Shown here: in pieces, positions 1 through 12,296 of the stretch
Position numbering within the stretch: the first letter of the stretch is position 1
Layout: each line of letters begins with the position of its first letter
Origin: Lama guanicoe
Taxonomy: Eukaryota
NCBI GenBank assembly: GCA_013239625.1
Contig: MU054187.1
Location: forward strand, 2,241,757 to 2,305,756
DNA: 64,000 nt
Direction of reading: 5' to 3'
Made by a program: the position numbers and the translations under genes
The notes under the pieces: generated by a model
What the model was told of the DNA's origin: nothing
The model's input: only the letters and a program-made list of their open reading frames with translations
The model's database searches: none

Positions 1-959
1 TCCCAAAGGAACGTCAGCTTTGTATTCTCTCTCAAAGGTGCATCTCCAAAGCATTAAGTCTCCCGGAACGTGAAACTTCTCAAAGGGCGCCCAGACAACG
101 TTGAGGCTTTTTTTTTTTTCCCCTTTCTTTTCTTTTCTTGTTTTCTTTGTTGCAAGAGGCCAAAATAGGAATCATTTCACTAACCAGAAAGCGAGTGTAT
201 ATGTCGATATTGGATACTTAATCATTGGAAGTTGACTTCAGTGTAATTCCACAAAAGAACAATAAAATAAAACAGTCAATTCTTAAGGTGGGCAATAAAA
301 AAAAGCAATTTTTGAAAACCTCCAGCATCCTTTAGAGGATAAATATTAGGCGGCTTGGATCCTAGGTCGCTGGAAGTCTAAGCAAATAAGATGATATGTC
401 AGCACTTAGAGGCTCGTGTATGGACAACAACCACCCTAAGTAGTGCAGTGTCTTTGCTCCATAAACCTTAACACCAATCTGATGAGTCACGAGAAATACT
501 GAGGTGTCTTCAGTGCATTAGGTGGGCACGAACTGTATCTAAAGAAATACTTGCAAAGGGCAAAACGCGGTGCTCCAACCTGGGGCAGGCAGCAGGCAAA
601 TGGCCAGGCAGACGGACTAGTTTCCTGCCCAGGCGACCCTGACTTTGTTCCACACCCCAGCACTTTCCTTGTCTGCAGGGTTCGCAGTAGGGTCTTGGGG
701 GGCAGGGGAGGGTTGCTCTGAAATCCTCAAGACACCTCTGGCCTCGGATTCGCCCTATGCGAACCTCGCGGTCTCGCACCAAATATTCTCCCAGGAAATC
801 CTTCACTTCTGAGTCCACCCTCAGAATCTGCGGAGCCCCGACGGAATGGGGTTCCCGGAGTCCAGTACGGACGCAGTGGGCTCCCCACCTCCCAGCGGGT
901 GGCAGGCCCGACCCTCCCTCCCGGCTGCGACCGCTGCGGCGCCCGGACCCCGCGCTCAC

Positions 960-1216
960 CGGATGATCACGAACATGACCAGCGAGTTGCCCACCAAGCC
1001 CACGACGAACACCACCGAGTAGACCGCCGTGATGACGACCGCGATGGCCGGGGAGATGTGCGCGGGCTCGGGCGGCGCGCCCTCGGGGCCTGCGCTAGTG
1101 TTGCCGTCCGGCTCGGCCCAGCCCGGGGACCAGCCGCTGCCGTTGCGGGGCAGGCAGGTGCTCGGGGAGCAGGTGGGGCCCGGCTCGCCGCGGAAGATCT
1201 GGACCGGGGGCTCCAT
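960..1216 (-). CDS. OPRK1: Kappa-type opioid receptor, first coding exon (N-terminus, TM1, start of ICL1); remaining exons lie beyond position 1
   Basis: Translates MEPPVQIFRGEPGPTCSPSTCLPRNGSGWSPGWAEPDGNTSAGPEGAPPEPAHISPAIAVVITAVYSVVFVVGLVGNSLVMFVII(R), matching the KOR N-terminus. Sequons at N25 and N39, TM1 GN motif, Kozak gccATGG. The 257 coding nt end at the phase-2 donor CG|GTGAG (960/959). Confidence 0.98.
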
Positions 1217-1255
1217 GGCGGGCGGCTGCTGCTGGGGGGCGAGGACAGGCGGCAC
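1217..1255 (-). other. OPRK1: OPRK1 exon 2 5' UTR portion (39 nt)
   Basis: Pyrimidine tract and acceptor ttctctcgcccccgcagcccgcAG|GTGCCGCCTGTCCTCGCC with AG at 1257-1256; resembles the human exon 2 start as recalled. Confidence 0.8.
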
Positions 1256-1629
1256 CTGCGGGCTGCGGGGGCGAGAGAACCGGCTGGACCCGAGAGGCAA
1301 ACTTTGGCCACTCCCGAGCCAGCGCTCGGGGCCGGCGGTGTTGGGGGCCCAGGGCCCGCTGATGCCCACCCGGCCGCACGTCCCCGAGGCGGGACAGGGA
1401 GGACGGACCTCTGGCTGCCACCCCGGCCAGCAGACGCTCCGCAGATGCCGGGAGAGGCAGAGAGCGCGCCCTTCTTTTCTCCCGTTCCTGAAATCACCCT
1501 ACCCTTTCCTAGGCACGTTTGCCTGCTGAAACTGTCCCCAGACTGCCTCTCGGAGCCCCCAAGGACAAAAGACCCCTAGAGCACAGAGCCCTCGCTCCTG
1601 AGACTGCGTCTCCAAAGCCCAAAGCTCAC

Positions 1630-1860
1630 CTCTGGCTCCCGGAGACGCGCGGAGCGGTGCAGGGGGCCCTGGCCGGCGCGGAAGCGCGCGTTCCCGGGTA
1701 CTGCTCAGCCCTGGGGTTGCCGCGGGCTCCCAGCCCCCGGCCCCGCGCTCTGGCTGCGGACGCCTGTTCCCCCCGAGCGCGTCCTCGCCGCCCAGCGCGC
1801 GGCTCCCAGATCGGCGGCGGCCAAGCGGGGCTGGACGCGGGGAGGGCGCGCGGGCGCCGG
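1630..1860 (-). other. OPRK1: OPRK1 non-coding exon 1 (5' end uncertain)
   Basis: Donor CCAGAG|GTGAGC at 1630/1629 gives a 374-bp intron 1, similar to the short first intron known for mammalian KOR genes. The TSS cannot be determined from sequence. Confidence 0.65.
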
Positions 1861-4599
1861 GACCCGCGGGCGGAGGGCGGGACGCGTGAACTTCGCAGAG
1901 CCGCGCACAGCCGCCCTCCGATGGTCCCCGGCCTTCCCCGCCACCCGAGCCGCCGAGCCGCCGTGCGGCTCAGATGGAGTGGTCGGGAAGGGCGTGCTCG
2001 CCGCGCGCGAGTGCGCGTGGGTTGCTCAGGATTCGTCTGGGACTCCTGCAGGCCTAGTTCTCCGGACACGTCCGCTTTCAAGTGAGGAGGGGAAGTCGTA
2101 GCTTTGTTTATTTGAATGGCCCATCCAAATGGAGCAGCCAAATTGTACAAACAGAATAAGGCCCAGATCTCACAACTTCAATGATTTACTTGACATACGT
2201 AGAATATTCCGTCCCTTTCAGTCTCCTCCGTCTGAGACAGCGCACAGACTGCACCTTAGGGCGTCACTCGTATTTTGCGGTGTTACCTGCGGAAAATCAA
2301 AGCACGCGCCTAACTCAGGCCTCAGTGCTGGTCCAGGGAGCTGGCAATGTCCCTGTCTCCTACATCCACCTCTGTGCCCACGACTTCCCTCACTGTGGTT
2401 CTTTCTCTCTGACACCTCGGACAACCTGAGCCCCACAGAGAAATTCAGTCACCATTCCTTAGCATGACTCTGCCAGCTCAAGGATCAGGTTCTGCGGGTG
2501 AAGGAGGCCCTCAGGACGACGACCAAAAGATAGGAAAGCAAAGGTCAGCTGGAGCAGGGGAGCCGGGACTCGGCCGCTAAGATGAAGACCTGAAGGACAC
2601 GGGGGAACTTCCCGTTGCCTAATTGGGTATTGGAGGCAGGATGCGGGGAGACCGAGGTACCTGAGTTTCCCGAGTGGATTCCTGTCTATGTCCGATTTTC
2701 AAGACGGACACGGGTCCTCCACTGCTTCCTACTGTTCACGTCCGTGCCCACACCTGGGCACCGTGACGGCCGATACAGTCATTCCATCCATCGCTGACAG
2801 CAGAGGAGAGCTCCTGCCCCTTCCAAGACGCTGTGACCCCAGGGAGGTGCTTGGCCACCTGAGCCCCAGCCTGGAAGAGTGCTGCTCTCCTCAGCATGAC
2901 GTGGAGAGCCACAGTTCTGCCCTGGGCATCTTCGGGGTTTTGAAAATTCATGTCACCCAATCTTATATTTCTTTAAAGTCTGATCGCAGATTTTCATTAG
3001 ACAACGACGTCTACTTTCACAAAACCTCGGAATGCTGGGAACTCCGAGCGTCTGAGGGTCCCTCTCTGTTAGGAAGATGGCAGGTGAGTCTTCTCCAGGT
3101 GTCTGGGGGCTCGCCTCCTGCCGGAGGGAGTCCAGCCTACCACCAAAGCAGCCCAGCAAGATGTCTGTTCAAGTTCACAAACACTGAGCAGTATGCAAGG
3201 CAGAAGGAAAGTAGAAATACTATGAGAAGGGCTTACAGATCCAGCTATCATTCTGTTACGATGTACCTATTTATCTATGCATTCGGCACTGAGATCCCAC
3301 TGCCTCTGTGCTGCACACTTCTGAAAGGGTGTTGACAGTGTCTCTCCTCCTTTTGTACTTTTTTTTCGTTCGCTTTTTGCACACCTGGGGGGCTAGCACA
3401 GCTGGTAATGTTAGAGCTGTTTCAAACACAAGGTGTTTCTGGCTCTTGCCACTTGCTAACTGAAAGGAATGATTTCATACACGGGCACAGAAGCAGACTG
3501 CCTCTTCCCCAAAAGACAAAACAATGTAGGAGGAGGGTACTCGGCAAGAACAGAAAGGAAGAAAGGGAAAGTTGTTACCTGAAAAGATACAAGGAGAGTT
3601 GTAAAGAAGTGAAAACCTTTAAAGAAGCGTCTAAAAGTTGGCACAATTTCAGAATTCAAAAGTTGGTCTTCCGTTCTCACATGTACATATAGTATGTTTG
3701 GGGAGCGGAATTGCGGGGAAAAGCACTTCCACCCTGAAAGCAGAATGCAGAACTCAGCCCGGGACTTTTTGACTGTAAGATGATGGTCCAATTCTGATCA
3801 TAGGTAGGAACCGTCTACTAGTCTTTAAAGTCTTTTTTTTTTAAAGTCTTTTTTAAAAAGAAAAAATTGCTATTTATGATAAAGTGGTTTCATTCAAGTG
3901 TTTCACTTGAATACTCCTATTTGTTGTTGTTGTTGTTTTTACCAAACTAGTGGCCAGAATAAAGTGAAGTCAAAATAAGCAGAGCATTAAGAAGCCTTCA
4001 GGTGGCTCCGGTTGTCGGGAAGACCTGGCCCGTGTCTCTGAACACAGTGAAGAATGCTGCTCACATGGACTCAGGTTGTCACGAGATCGTTATCATGATA
4101 TCGGAGAAGCCTTACAAACCAGGAACTTAAAGAAGCAGCCGACGTGCTGCGCGCGCTTCCACACCGAGGTAAAGCACGCGTGGTTAAACTCCCTGGCACT
4201 CCCTCTCCACTCGCCCTTCTGCTCCGTGCAGACGCCACACGTGTAACTGCAAGCACAGCGCCTTTAAAGCTGGAAATGTGTTTTCAGCCAGTTTTATTTC
4301 AGCCGGGGGCGGGGGGTGCATTGGCCTTTCTGTCACAGAGACCAGAGAACCCACCAGCAAGCTGTGATCAACCCGCTTTCTTGTGGCTGCAGCCAGGGTA
4401 GAGCTGAAGGGAGCAGCTTATTTTACGTAAGGCCCCTGGTGCAGCCAGTGCCGCCTGGAGACGAGTAGGATGCTGCTGCTCTCGGTCACTCAGCAGACAC
4501 GTCTGACTGTCCCCAGGTGGAAGACAGGGAGGCAGGATGCTGAGGGTGCAAAAATAAGCACGCCAGGCAGTCCCTTCCCAAGGGGGGGGGTGCGATCTG

Positions 4600-6220
4600 G
4601 TGAGAGACAGAGCCTAATTTTTTCTAATTTTATAAATAATTCATTGATAACAAATACGGTTACCTCTGGTAAGTGTTACATAGGGAAAGTGTTTAATAAA
4701 ACAGAGGAGCCGACAGCCAAGGCAGCACGTCTGCGCACAGTGAAAAACGGCTCCCTACTTCAAGATGCTACTAATAAACATCCATCAGCAAATGGCCATG
4801 TTAAAGGCTCAAGTCCCCTTCCTGTCCCCAGCGAGAAGGAATCCGGTGAGCTATCGCTCACAAGGTGCACAGGCTGCAGCTGCTTGCAGGGACCCTGAAG
4901 ACCAGATGTCAGGGGACCTTGGAACCAAGCGGCCTTGGCGCTGACGTTTGAAGGCTGCTTGGGAAGTCTCCAGGTGAAGAGGAAGGAAGAGACCATTCCA
5001 GGCAGGAGCAGCCATGATTGGCAGGAGAGGACACATTTGTGGAGCTGAGGGAGGTCAGGGAATCCGAACCTGGGAGCCAAGGGAAGTGTGGCACAAGGTA
5101 AAATCCCACGGGGCTCTGACCAGTGTGGCTGGATCTCAGCCTGAGTAACAGAGCCTGTAGGAGGTCAGGCAGGAGGGCGGGTGCTCAGATCTGGGGCCTT
5201 TGATCTGTCACTTGTCTTTGATGAGAGAATGCATTGGAGGGACAGGAGCAGATGGGCGGGTGCCACACTGAACAAAAAGGTATCTTAGTATGCCCCATCC
5301 TGCATGGCATACAAATGAGGACCCTCCTGTGGTCACAAGGCTGGGGCCTAAACCTGAAACTTCTTACCCTGAAACTCTTGATCAAACTGAATCCGCAGAT
5401 TTGAAGATTCAGTGCTGGTCCTGTGTCAGGCGCCAGGTTGTGGACTGAGAGAAAGCAGGGTGACACAAAGCCGTAAATGGCATGAAAGACGCCTGAGCAG
5501 AGTTAGTCCAAAGGAGGCGGGACTCTCTCCGGTACTAGAGCAAGGGTGGTGTCCCGGTGGGGACTGGAGTTTGTGCAAGTTTGCCAGGAAGAGGAGGCAC
5601 GGAAACATTCGTGCAGACGTGACAGCCTGACCCGCGGTGCTGTGTGCGCAGTGTTCCTAGCACCGATGGCGCTAAGGTGGCAGCCGGTGGACGGGGGAGG
5701 GGGGTGGAAGCAGAGCCCGCAGGTCAGCAGGCGCGCGGCCGGAGGGGCGGCGCTGGGTTCCGCGTGGACGGCGCGGGGCGCCGGGGCTTGACGGGTCTGC
5801 GGAGGGCGTGTCCAGGAGAGGGCAGTGGGGAAGCTGGCGGCGTGTTCTGGGTGAGAGACGGCTGAACCCCGAAGCAGCTGCTGAGAGAGCAGAGAGGAGA
5901 TGGGAGTGCGGAGAACCACTTAGGAAATGAAACTGCCGAGACTTGCGGTTTGACTGAACATGGAAACTAGAGGGGAAGGGTCTGCAATGACTTTAGGGTC
6001 CGCTTGGGCGGCCCCGGGGGTGACGGCCCATTAGCTGAAGTAGGAGGCAGGAGACCGTGCAGCAGGTCTGGGGGAACGTGAGGAGCTCGGGCTGGCGGGG
6101 CTGGGTCTGACGCGCCGGGGGCGTGGGTCTGCGCACGTGGAGTCGCCCCATCGGCTGCTCGGAGCGTCCGCGCCGGAGGCAGTTGGAGCCACGGAGGAGA
6201 ACAGAGCGCCAGGTGAGGTG
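4600..6220 (-). mobile_element. Degraded L2 LINE fragments
   Basis: Segments such as gaccattccaggcaggagcagccatg and cccattagctgaagtaggaggcaggagaccgtgcagcaggtctggggga...aggcagttgga follow the antisense L2 3' consensus. Confidence 0.6.
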
Positions 6221-6759
6221 AGGGAGCCCCAAGCTGATGAGAAAACGCTGCAGACCCCACCCGGCTGACCCGGGAGCCAGGCGGGGGGCTGGCGACAGGC
6301 ATGACGGAAGGGGGAGAAACAGAATTGGGAAGGAGAGGTAATCAACCGTGTCCACAGGCCAGGGATGGAAAACACCGTATTTGACAAGGAGAAAGTCACT
6401 GGGGCCCACACATTATATGGCATTAAAATTGTGACTTATGTTTGCACACCGGAACAGAAATGAACAGATAATACACCATAATGAGAGTGGACACTGAGTT
6501 CCCTGTTGAAGGAACGCTTACCTGGGAGAGAGGGGTCGCCTGTGTCAGGTGGCGGGTGTGGAGGTCACCTGCCCACAGCTCTTCCCCACCTTCCATGGCA
6601 CTGCGGGGACAGAGACTCCCACCCGTCTGGGCGGGCTGCTGGATGGGAGACTTGTGCACTCTGGGGGGTGGGGGCCCCATCTGTATTAGACACGGTCCCA
6701 GGCTTTGGGCTGCTGTGATGTTTGGGGGTCAAGGACTCAGGACAAGGGCGTGAGGACAC

Positions 6760-7139
6760 CAGCTTTCCTGTTCCCCCAGGATTCTCGGCCTTCCCAGCAC
6801 ATCACTCTCCACTTGCTCTGAGTCTGGACAGCACTCGCTGGGTCCAGTTCTGGATGGCGCCTGCGAGAGGTCAGAGGAGAGATGGAGGCTGAAGTCTTGC
6901 TTTTGCCCACCTCCCTCCAGCCGGGGCTCCGTGGTCAGCCCGTGGTCCCCCCACCGCTGCAGGGTGCAGCCCCGCCTAGCAGCCTTCCCTGTCGGCTGCC
7001 TTCTCAGAACTGCAGAAGCACCCTTTGCTGGCTCCCTTGGGTCTTCCCACATCTTGTAAGCAGCCTTTTATTAAAGTCTCTCAGTTACCAAGTTTAGGGT
7101 GTTGGTCTGTCTCCGCCCAGGACCCACATAGCCCATTCA
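6760..7139 (+). mobile_element. ERVL LTR, LTR33-like
   Basis: 3' end cccacatcttgtaagcagccttttATTAAAgtctctcagttaccaagtttagggtg...tctgtctcc...ggaccc matches the LTR33 U5 pattern. Confidence 0.6.
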
Positions 7140-10100
7140 CGCAGGATCTCTGCTAGTTGTGCTCAGCCAGCCGTGGGGGGGCTGGGCGGGAGCTGCTCGC
7201 ACATCGTCTGGGTCACATTCACCAACGTCCACAGAGAAGCAAGTCGGGCGTGACTTCCTCTAAGCTGCCTTTGAATGATTATGCTTCTGTGTTTGATCAT
7301 TTGTCTTTCGAATGCCCTCATGGGACCTGAACGGTTACTTGGTGCTCAGGGGAAGAGCGGGCCTCTGCGTTGCCTTGGGATGGGTGAAGCAAGGCCGGGT
7401 GGCCAGAACAGCAGCCTCCCTCCACACTGAGGCGCCCCAAGCAGAGGTGCCTCTCCCTCTCAGTCACCACCATCAGCAGGTTTCCACTGAGGCTAAAACA
7501 GCCAGCTCCACACACTGGAGGTCATGCCCTGCTAGACCAGAGATTGTCCAAGGGGTGTCCACGCTGGCTGTGGAGAGAGACAGCGGCTGATCCAGTCCTG
7601 CCAGGCCAGGGGGTCACACGCGCCACACACACTTTGTCTCAGCTCACTCGTCTCTGCACATGGTCTGCAGAGGGGAAAATTTCCGTGCAGCTCCTGGTGG
7701 TGTCACAGCTGACATGACTGTGTTTGTCTAAGTCTCTCGCAGAAACACATTGAAGTGTCAGGGGAGTCTTTTATTTGTTTCCCCTTTCTTTCTGTTTGGT
7801 TTGCTTTCTGTCAGCCCAGTGGGGCCTCCTGTCCCCACCTCAGCCCCGCTCAGTACCTCGCGTTTTCATCGTTGTGAAGGCCGCTCTGCTGGGAGATTTC
7901 GCCCCTGTCTGTGTGCTCCTGGCATGGCTCAGAAGAGGCACAGTAAGAAGGCCGTGTCCTGGGCATGATTTCCATCAGCCTTTTCTGAACCTACCCCTCC
8001 GTCTCTGCCACAACGCACCCGACATGGGTCTGGGGCGCCTCTCCGCTTCCGCCCCTACTGCCCCACTCTGCGTGAGAACACTGGTTTGGAGTAAAGCTCA
8101 AGGCGCTTCAGATCTTCAGCCTCTGAGAGCTGGATCAGAAAAGCCATTTTAAAAACGCAAGTGTGTTTGCAGCTCACAGCTCATACGATAGTCTTATGAT
8201 TTCACTTTATGTATAAAAACATGAGTTTCAAGGGAGACACGAGAAGGTCAGGAGCTTTTCATCTTCAGGAATGACCATGACCACTGGTGCCCAGCTCAGC
8301 AAGAAAGGGCAGGTTCACAGCGGCGCTGTCGGTGGAGGAGCTGACCCACCCCTGCTTTGGAGGATAACTGGTTTCCTAGGGGCTCCTGGTGCCTGAGTGT
8401 CTTTCTTCTTTCCCCTGAATGGCCCTGGAGAGGCTGTGCAGAGGCCCCCGGAGTGGAGCAGATGCAGACCCCTACCAACCCCTCACTCACTCTCTCGACC
8501 TCACCAAACCCACCGTCCTGTGTGCAAAGAGTGAAGAGCATTTTGACTTAATAAATATTCATAGAGATATTGCTGCTGATATTCCCCATACAGTATTTGG
8601 CATCAAAAAAACATATATTGGCTGAGTGAATTAAGAATAACGGCAGGTCACGTGGCACATTTCACAGCAAAGGAGCAAACACGGATGGTCAGGCTTGGGA
8701 CGAGGAAAGATGCTGGTGGAATGTTAGCATTTGTTTGGAAGGCAGCATTAACTCGAGACAGTGGTTATGTTTGATTCATCACATTTAATAGCACTTTCTT
8801 TCCCTTTTTCTTACATACTTCTTAAAGCAAAATCATGACCAAAGTGACAGAACTCAAGGGATAGTAAATCTAAGGAAGATGAGCAGGTGGCTTCCTTTGA
8901 AGCCTACGTGGCCTTGTGCACATTTACGATCAATAAACTGACCGAGCTTAACAAAACTCAGCACTGCATGACTCCAGAGAGTTCAGACTCAGAGCAAGCT
9001 TTGTGCTTGGAGGCAGTGTTTGCCAAAAATATTTCTTGTTTTGCAGTAAATCCTACAATTATTCAGTTAGCACCCAGTCTAGAAACAAAAATCCCTGAGT
9101 AAAGAAGCCACAGTAGCTCCTGACATCGCATGAGACCATCTCTGACTGACTCCTTTGTCTTAGAAGATCTCCTCCAATTCCTAGCATTTTTAAAAGCATG
9201 TGCCACTGAAATGAAAATGAGCATCAGATCGCACCCAAACAGCGATGTTTTAAAGGAAGATCAATGCCTAGTGCTACAAACTACCAATAAAAATTCCAGA
9301 ATGTTTGAATAATCTACCCTTGGAGAGAGATAATTCCAAGAATATTTCAGGTGACATAGACGTGAGTCCTGCTTGATTTTATTCCTGACCTTCACCCTTT
9401 TGACCCCTAGTTTAATGGGAAACAAGGACAGCTGAGCAGCAGAGGGAGTAGGTGCTATAAAATACTGTTTTTGGTAAAGAGATAAAAGTAAATAAAATTA
9501 GAACTGACATATCAATATTTTCAATCACGCAGCAAAGTTTGAACCCAGCTTTATTTCAAAAATACAGCTTTTTTTCTGATTTCAAAGTCTATGCAGCATA
9601 TTAAAAGATTGCTTTGTGTGGATGGTAATGACAAGATCATAAATGTGCACGAGCTTTGAATTCGTCCAAGTGCTTCCTATGATAACATCTCTTTCGGTTA
9701 TGAAAACTTCCTTGTGCTTCATGCAGCATAGCCCTATCTCGATTTTATAATTCAGAACAGGCTCTGAGGGGCTAAGCTGCATAATCATGATCCTCTAGTA
9801 AGTGGAGGAACTGGGAACAGAATTGTTCCTTTGAATCCTACCCCGTGATCTCTTCACCTTCCCAGGTTGCACAAAAATTTTAGTTTGAATGAAAGCAGAG
9901 ATGAGTCACACGAGTAAAAATTAAAATGTGAGAAGAATGTTAAGTGTTCACTTTGACACTGAAGCACAAGCTGAGGCCTCACTGCATCTTGCACAAGAGC
10001 TGGTTAACCTGTTCCATGAAACAGAGACAAGAGGTCACAATGGAAATTATCTTGAAAAGTTGCCTCAATGTTAGTGCGTTAAACTCCCGTACAAAGGGGG

Positions 10101-10254
10101 TGTATTCAGACAGCGAAGGCAAGAAGGTGGAAAGACTGATCAATTCCACGCTCAATTCAAAGAAAGAGATTGAATAAGTGAATGTACAAATACGTTTATT
10201 CCAGGAAAAATAACTGATATGAAGAGGATTATACAGAACAATGAAAGAAATACA

Positions 10255-10482
10255 GTTATGGGAAGGGGAGAGATAAATTAGGAGTTTGGGATTTGCAGAT
10301 ACAAACTACCAACATATAAAATAGATAAACAACAAGGTCAGACTGTGTAGCACAGGGTCCTATATTCAATATCTCGTAGTAACCTACAATGAAATAAAAG
10401 GAATATACATATGTGTAACTGAATCCCTGTGCTGTACACCAGAAACTAACACAACATTGTCAATCAACTAAATGTCAATAAA
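10255..10482 (+). mobile_element. L1 3' UTR fragment (cetartiodactyl-type)
   Basis: gataaattaggagtttgggatttgcagatacaaact...gctgtacaccagaaactaacacaacattgt...AATAAA. Confidence 0.85.
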
Positions 10483-11689
10483 TGTTTTAAATACCAGTTG
10501 TATTTAACAACCAAAGGCAAATGAAAGTAATGCAGTTATATAAACATAGTACAATGTATTATTTAGCTGGTAAACATTAAGAAAATATCGCTTATAGTTC
10601 AAAAAAGACGAAGATTTTACTGGTTTAAAAGAATGCTGCTCTCTTTGGTGATGCACGCATGTGGACCAAACATGAGGACTGTTTACAAAGGCACTGTGAG
10701 GAACCTTAGCTCCATTTCCACATCCAGCCCCCATCTCATAGAAGTAAACTTTTTTTTCAGTTTTCTTTGTAATTTTTGGTGTTTCTTTGTGCAAATACAA
10801 TTAAATTGCTTTCTCTACATTTTTACACAAAAGTATTTATTGCTCTGCACCATGTGTTCTCCGTGCAACAGTATATACTGGAGACATTGCTATGTCGATG
10901 TGTGGTTTTATCGTTCTTTTTAAGATAATCTGACTTCTTCATGGCGTTTCATTTTGTGGAAATGTCAGAGTTTGTGTAACCAGTTCTTCTCAAACAGGAA
11001 TTTGGGTTGCTTTCATCTCGTGCTACCACAAACAACGCTCAAGTGTGTTTCTGTGTCACGGGGCATGTGCACAGGGGTATCCGCAGGATAAGGTCCCAGA
11101 GGGAGACGATGTGGTCAGAGCGTCGAATCCGCGGGGAACTGAAGTCAGCGGTTAAAATTTGGGAATCTTCTTCCAGCTGTCCAGACGCTACTAAACGTTA
11201 AATTACATAAACTTATAATTAAGAAAATTACATTATACATAAAGGTCATAAATACTTTAAAAAAGAATCCCTTCCACTTACTGTCCTACGTTTTACTACA
11301 ATTTATGCTTTGGAGGTTGTGACAGGTGCATCGGTGTGGGGACCACAGAGCAGGGGCTACTGCCTGTCTGTCCCCAGCCCCACGTTCAGTAGCAACCTGT
11401 TAGCAGCTGAAATCGGTACCAATAGGGGTCTCTACACCTTTGCAACTGGCAACTGCTACAAACCAGGGTTTGGTTTGGTTTGCTCCAGAGAGCCAGTTCT
11501 TAAAATCTACTTGCATACCATTGATGACTGTAAGCTATTTACAATAATGTACAACAATGTTGTAGACTTTGATAAACAAATTAAACACTTTCAACTGATA
11601 CCTGATTCCCACTTTCCAAGAATTCACTTCTTTTATTGAGCCTCTTTGCCTTTCATGGCAATATAGTTATTTGCATAAGTTCAGTAAGA

Positions 11690-12290
11690 ATTTGTCCTTG
11701 TCTTTTTTACCAGGATGTAATTTGCAGAATTAGTGTCTTTCAAGTGTCATTTTGGTAAAATATGCCTTCTTATAGTTTCTTATTTTGCCCCTTATGATTT
11801 CTTACTTTTTATATTTGAAATTTCTCCCCTCTTCAAAAATAGATTAGCTAATGTTTTATCTGTTTTAATTTTTGTTATTATTCTGCAATACAGACCTGAA
11901 TTATTCTATTATTTTTTCTTTTTCAGTTTCATAATTTTGGCTTTTAACTACTAATTCCTCCTCATTTTGTTTGATTTAATTTGTTATTGTTCTAACTGTT
12001 CCATTTGGTGGATAATTTATTTCTTCCTTTTTCAATAGATAGAAGTATTTAAGGTTATAAATTTTCCTCTGAGCTTTGATTTTTTTTTTATTCCAAATGA
12101 TCTCAAACACAACATTTTCATTATTGTGCTTTTCAGGAAATTCTTTAATTTCAATTCATATTTCCTCTTTGATAGAAGAGTCATTTGAATGAGATTGATT
12201 TTTCTTAAATGTTCCTATAAAAAACTTTGTTTTCTGATTTTTAAAATTCATTTCTATTCTTGTGACGTCGCGATCAAAATGTCTGAAGGA
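11690..12290 (-). mobile_element. Old L1M fragment (antisense ORF2 region)
   Basis: T-rich decayed sequence with L1 antisense signatures (agattagctaatgttttatctgttttaattttt; aaggttataaattttcctctgagc). Confidence 0.55.
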
Positions 12291-12296
12291 ATTGAC

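Larger units (their letters stand above)
750..2160 (-). promoter_or_regulatory. OPRK1: OPRK1 CpG island and promoter
   Basis: Very GC- and CpG-rich from ~750 to ~2075, covering exons 1-2. GC boxes near 1868-1882 and a forkhead-type TGTTTATTT at 2105-2113. Confidence 0.85.

Noticed and set aside
899..1579. 226-aa plus-strand ORF and other overlapping ORFs in the OPRK1 island
   Set aside because: Antisense or alternate frames of a GC-rich exon; low-complexity R/G/P/A products with no recognisable domain.
2408..2428. RE1/NRSE-like sequence tctgacacctcggacaacctg
   Set aside because: Only the central CACCnCGGACA matches; the TCAG left part and GCGCC right part are missing.
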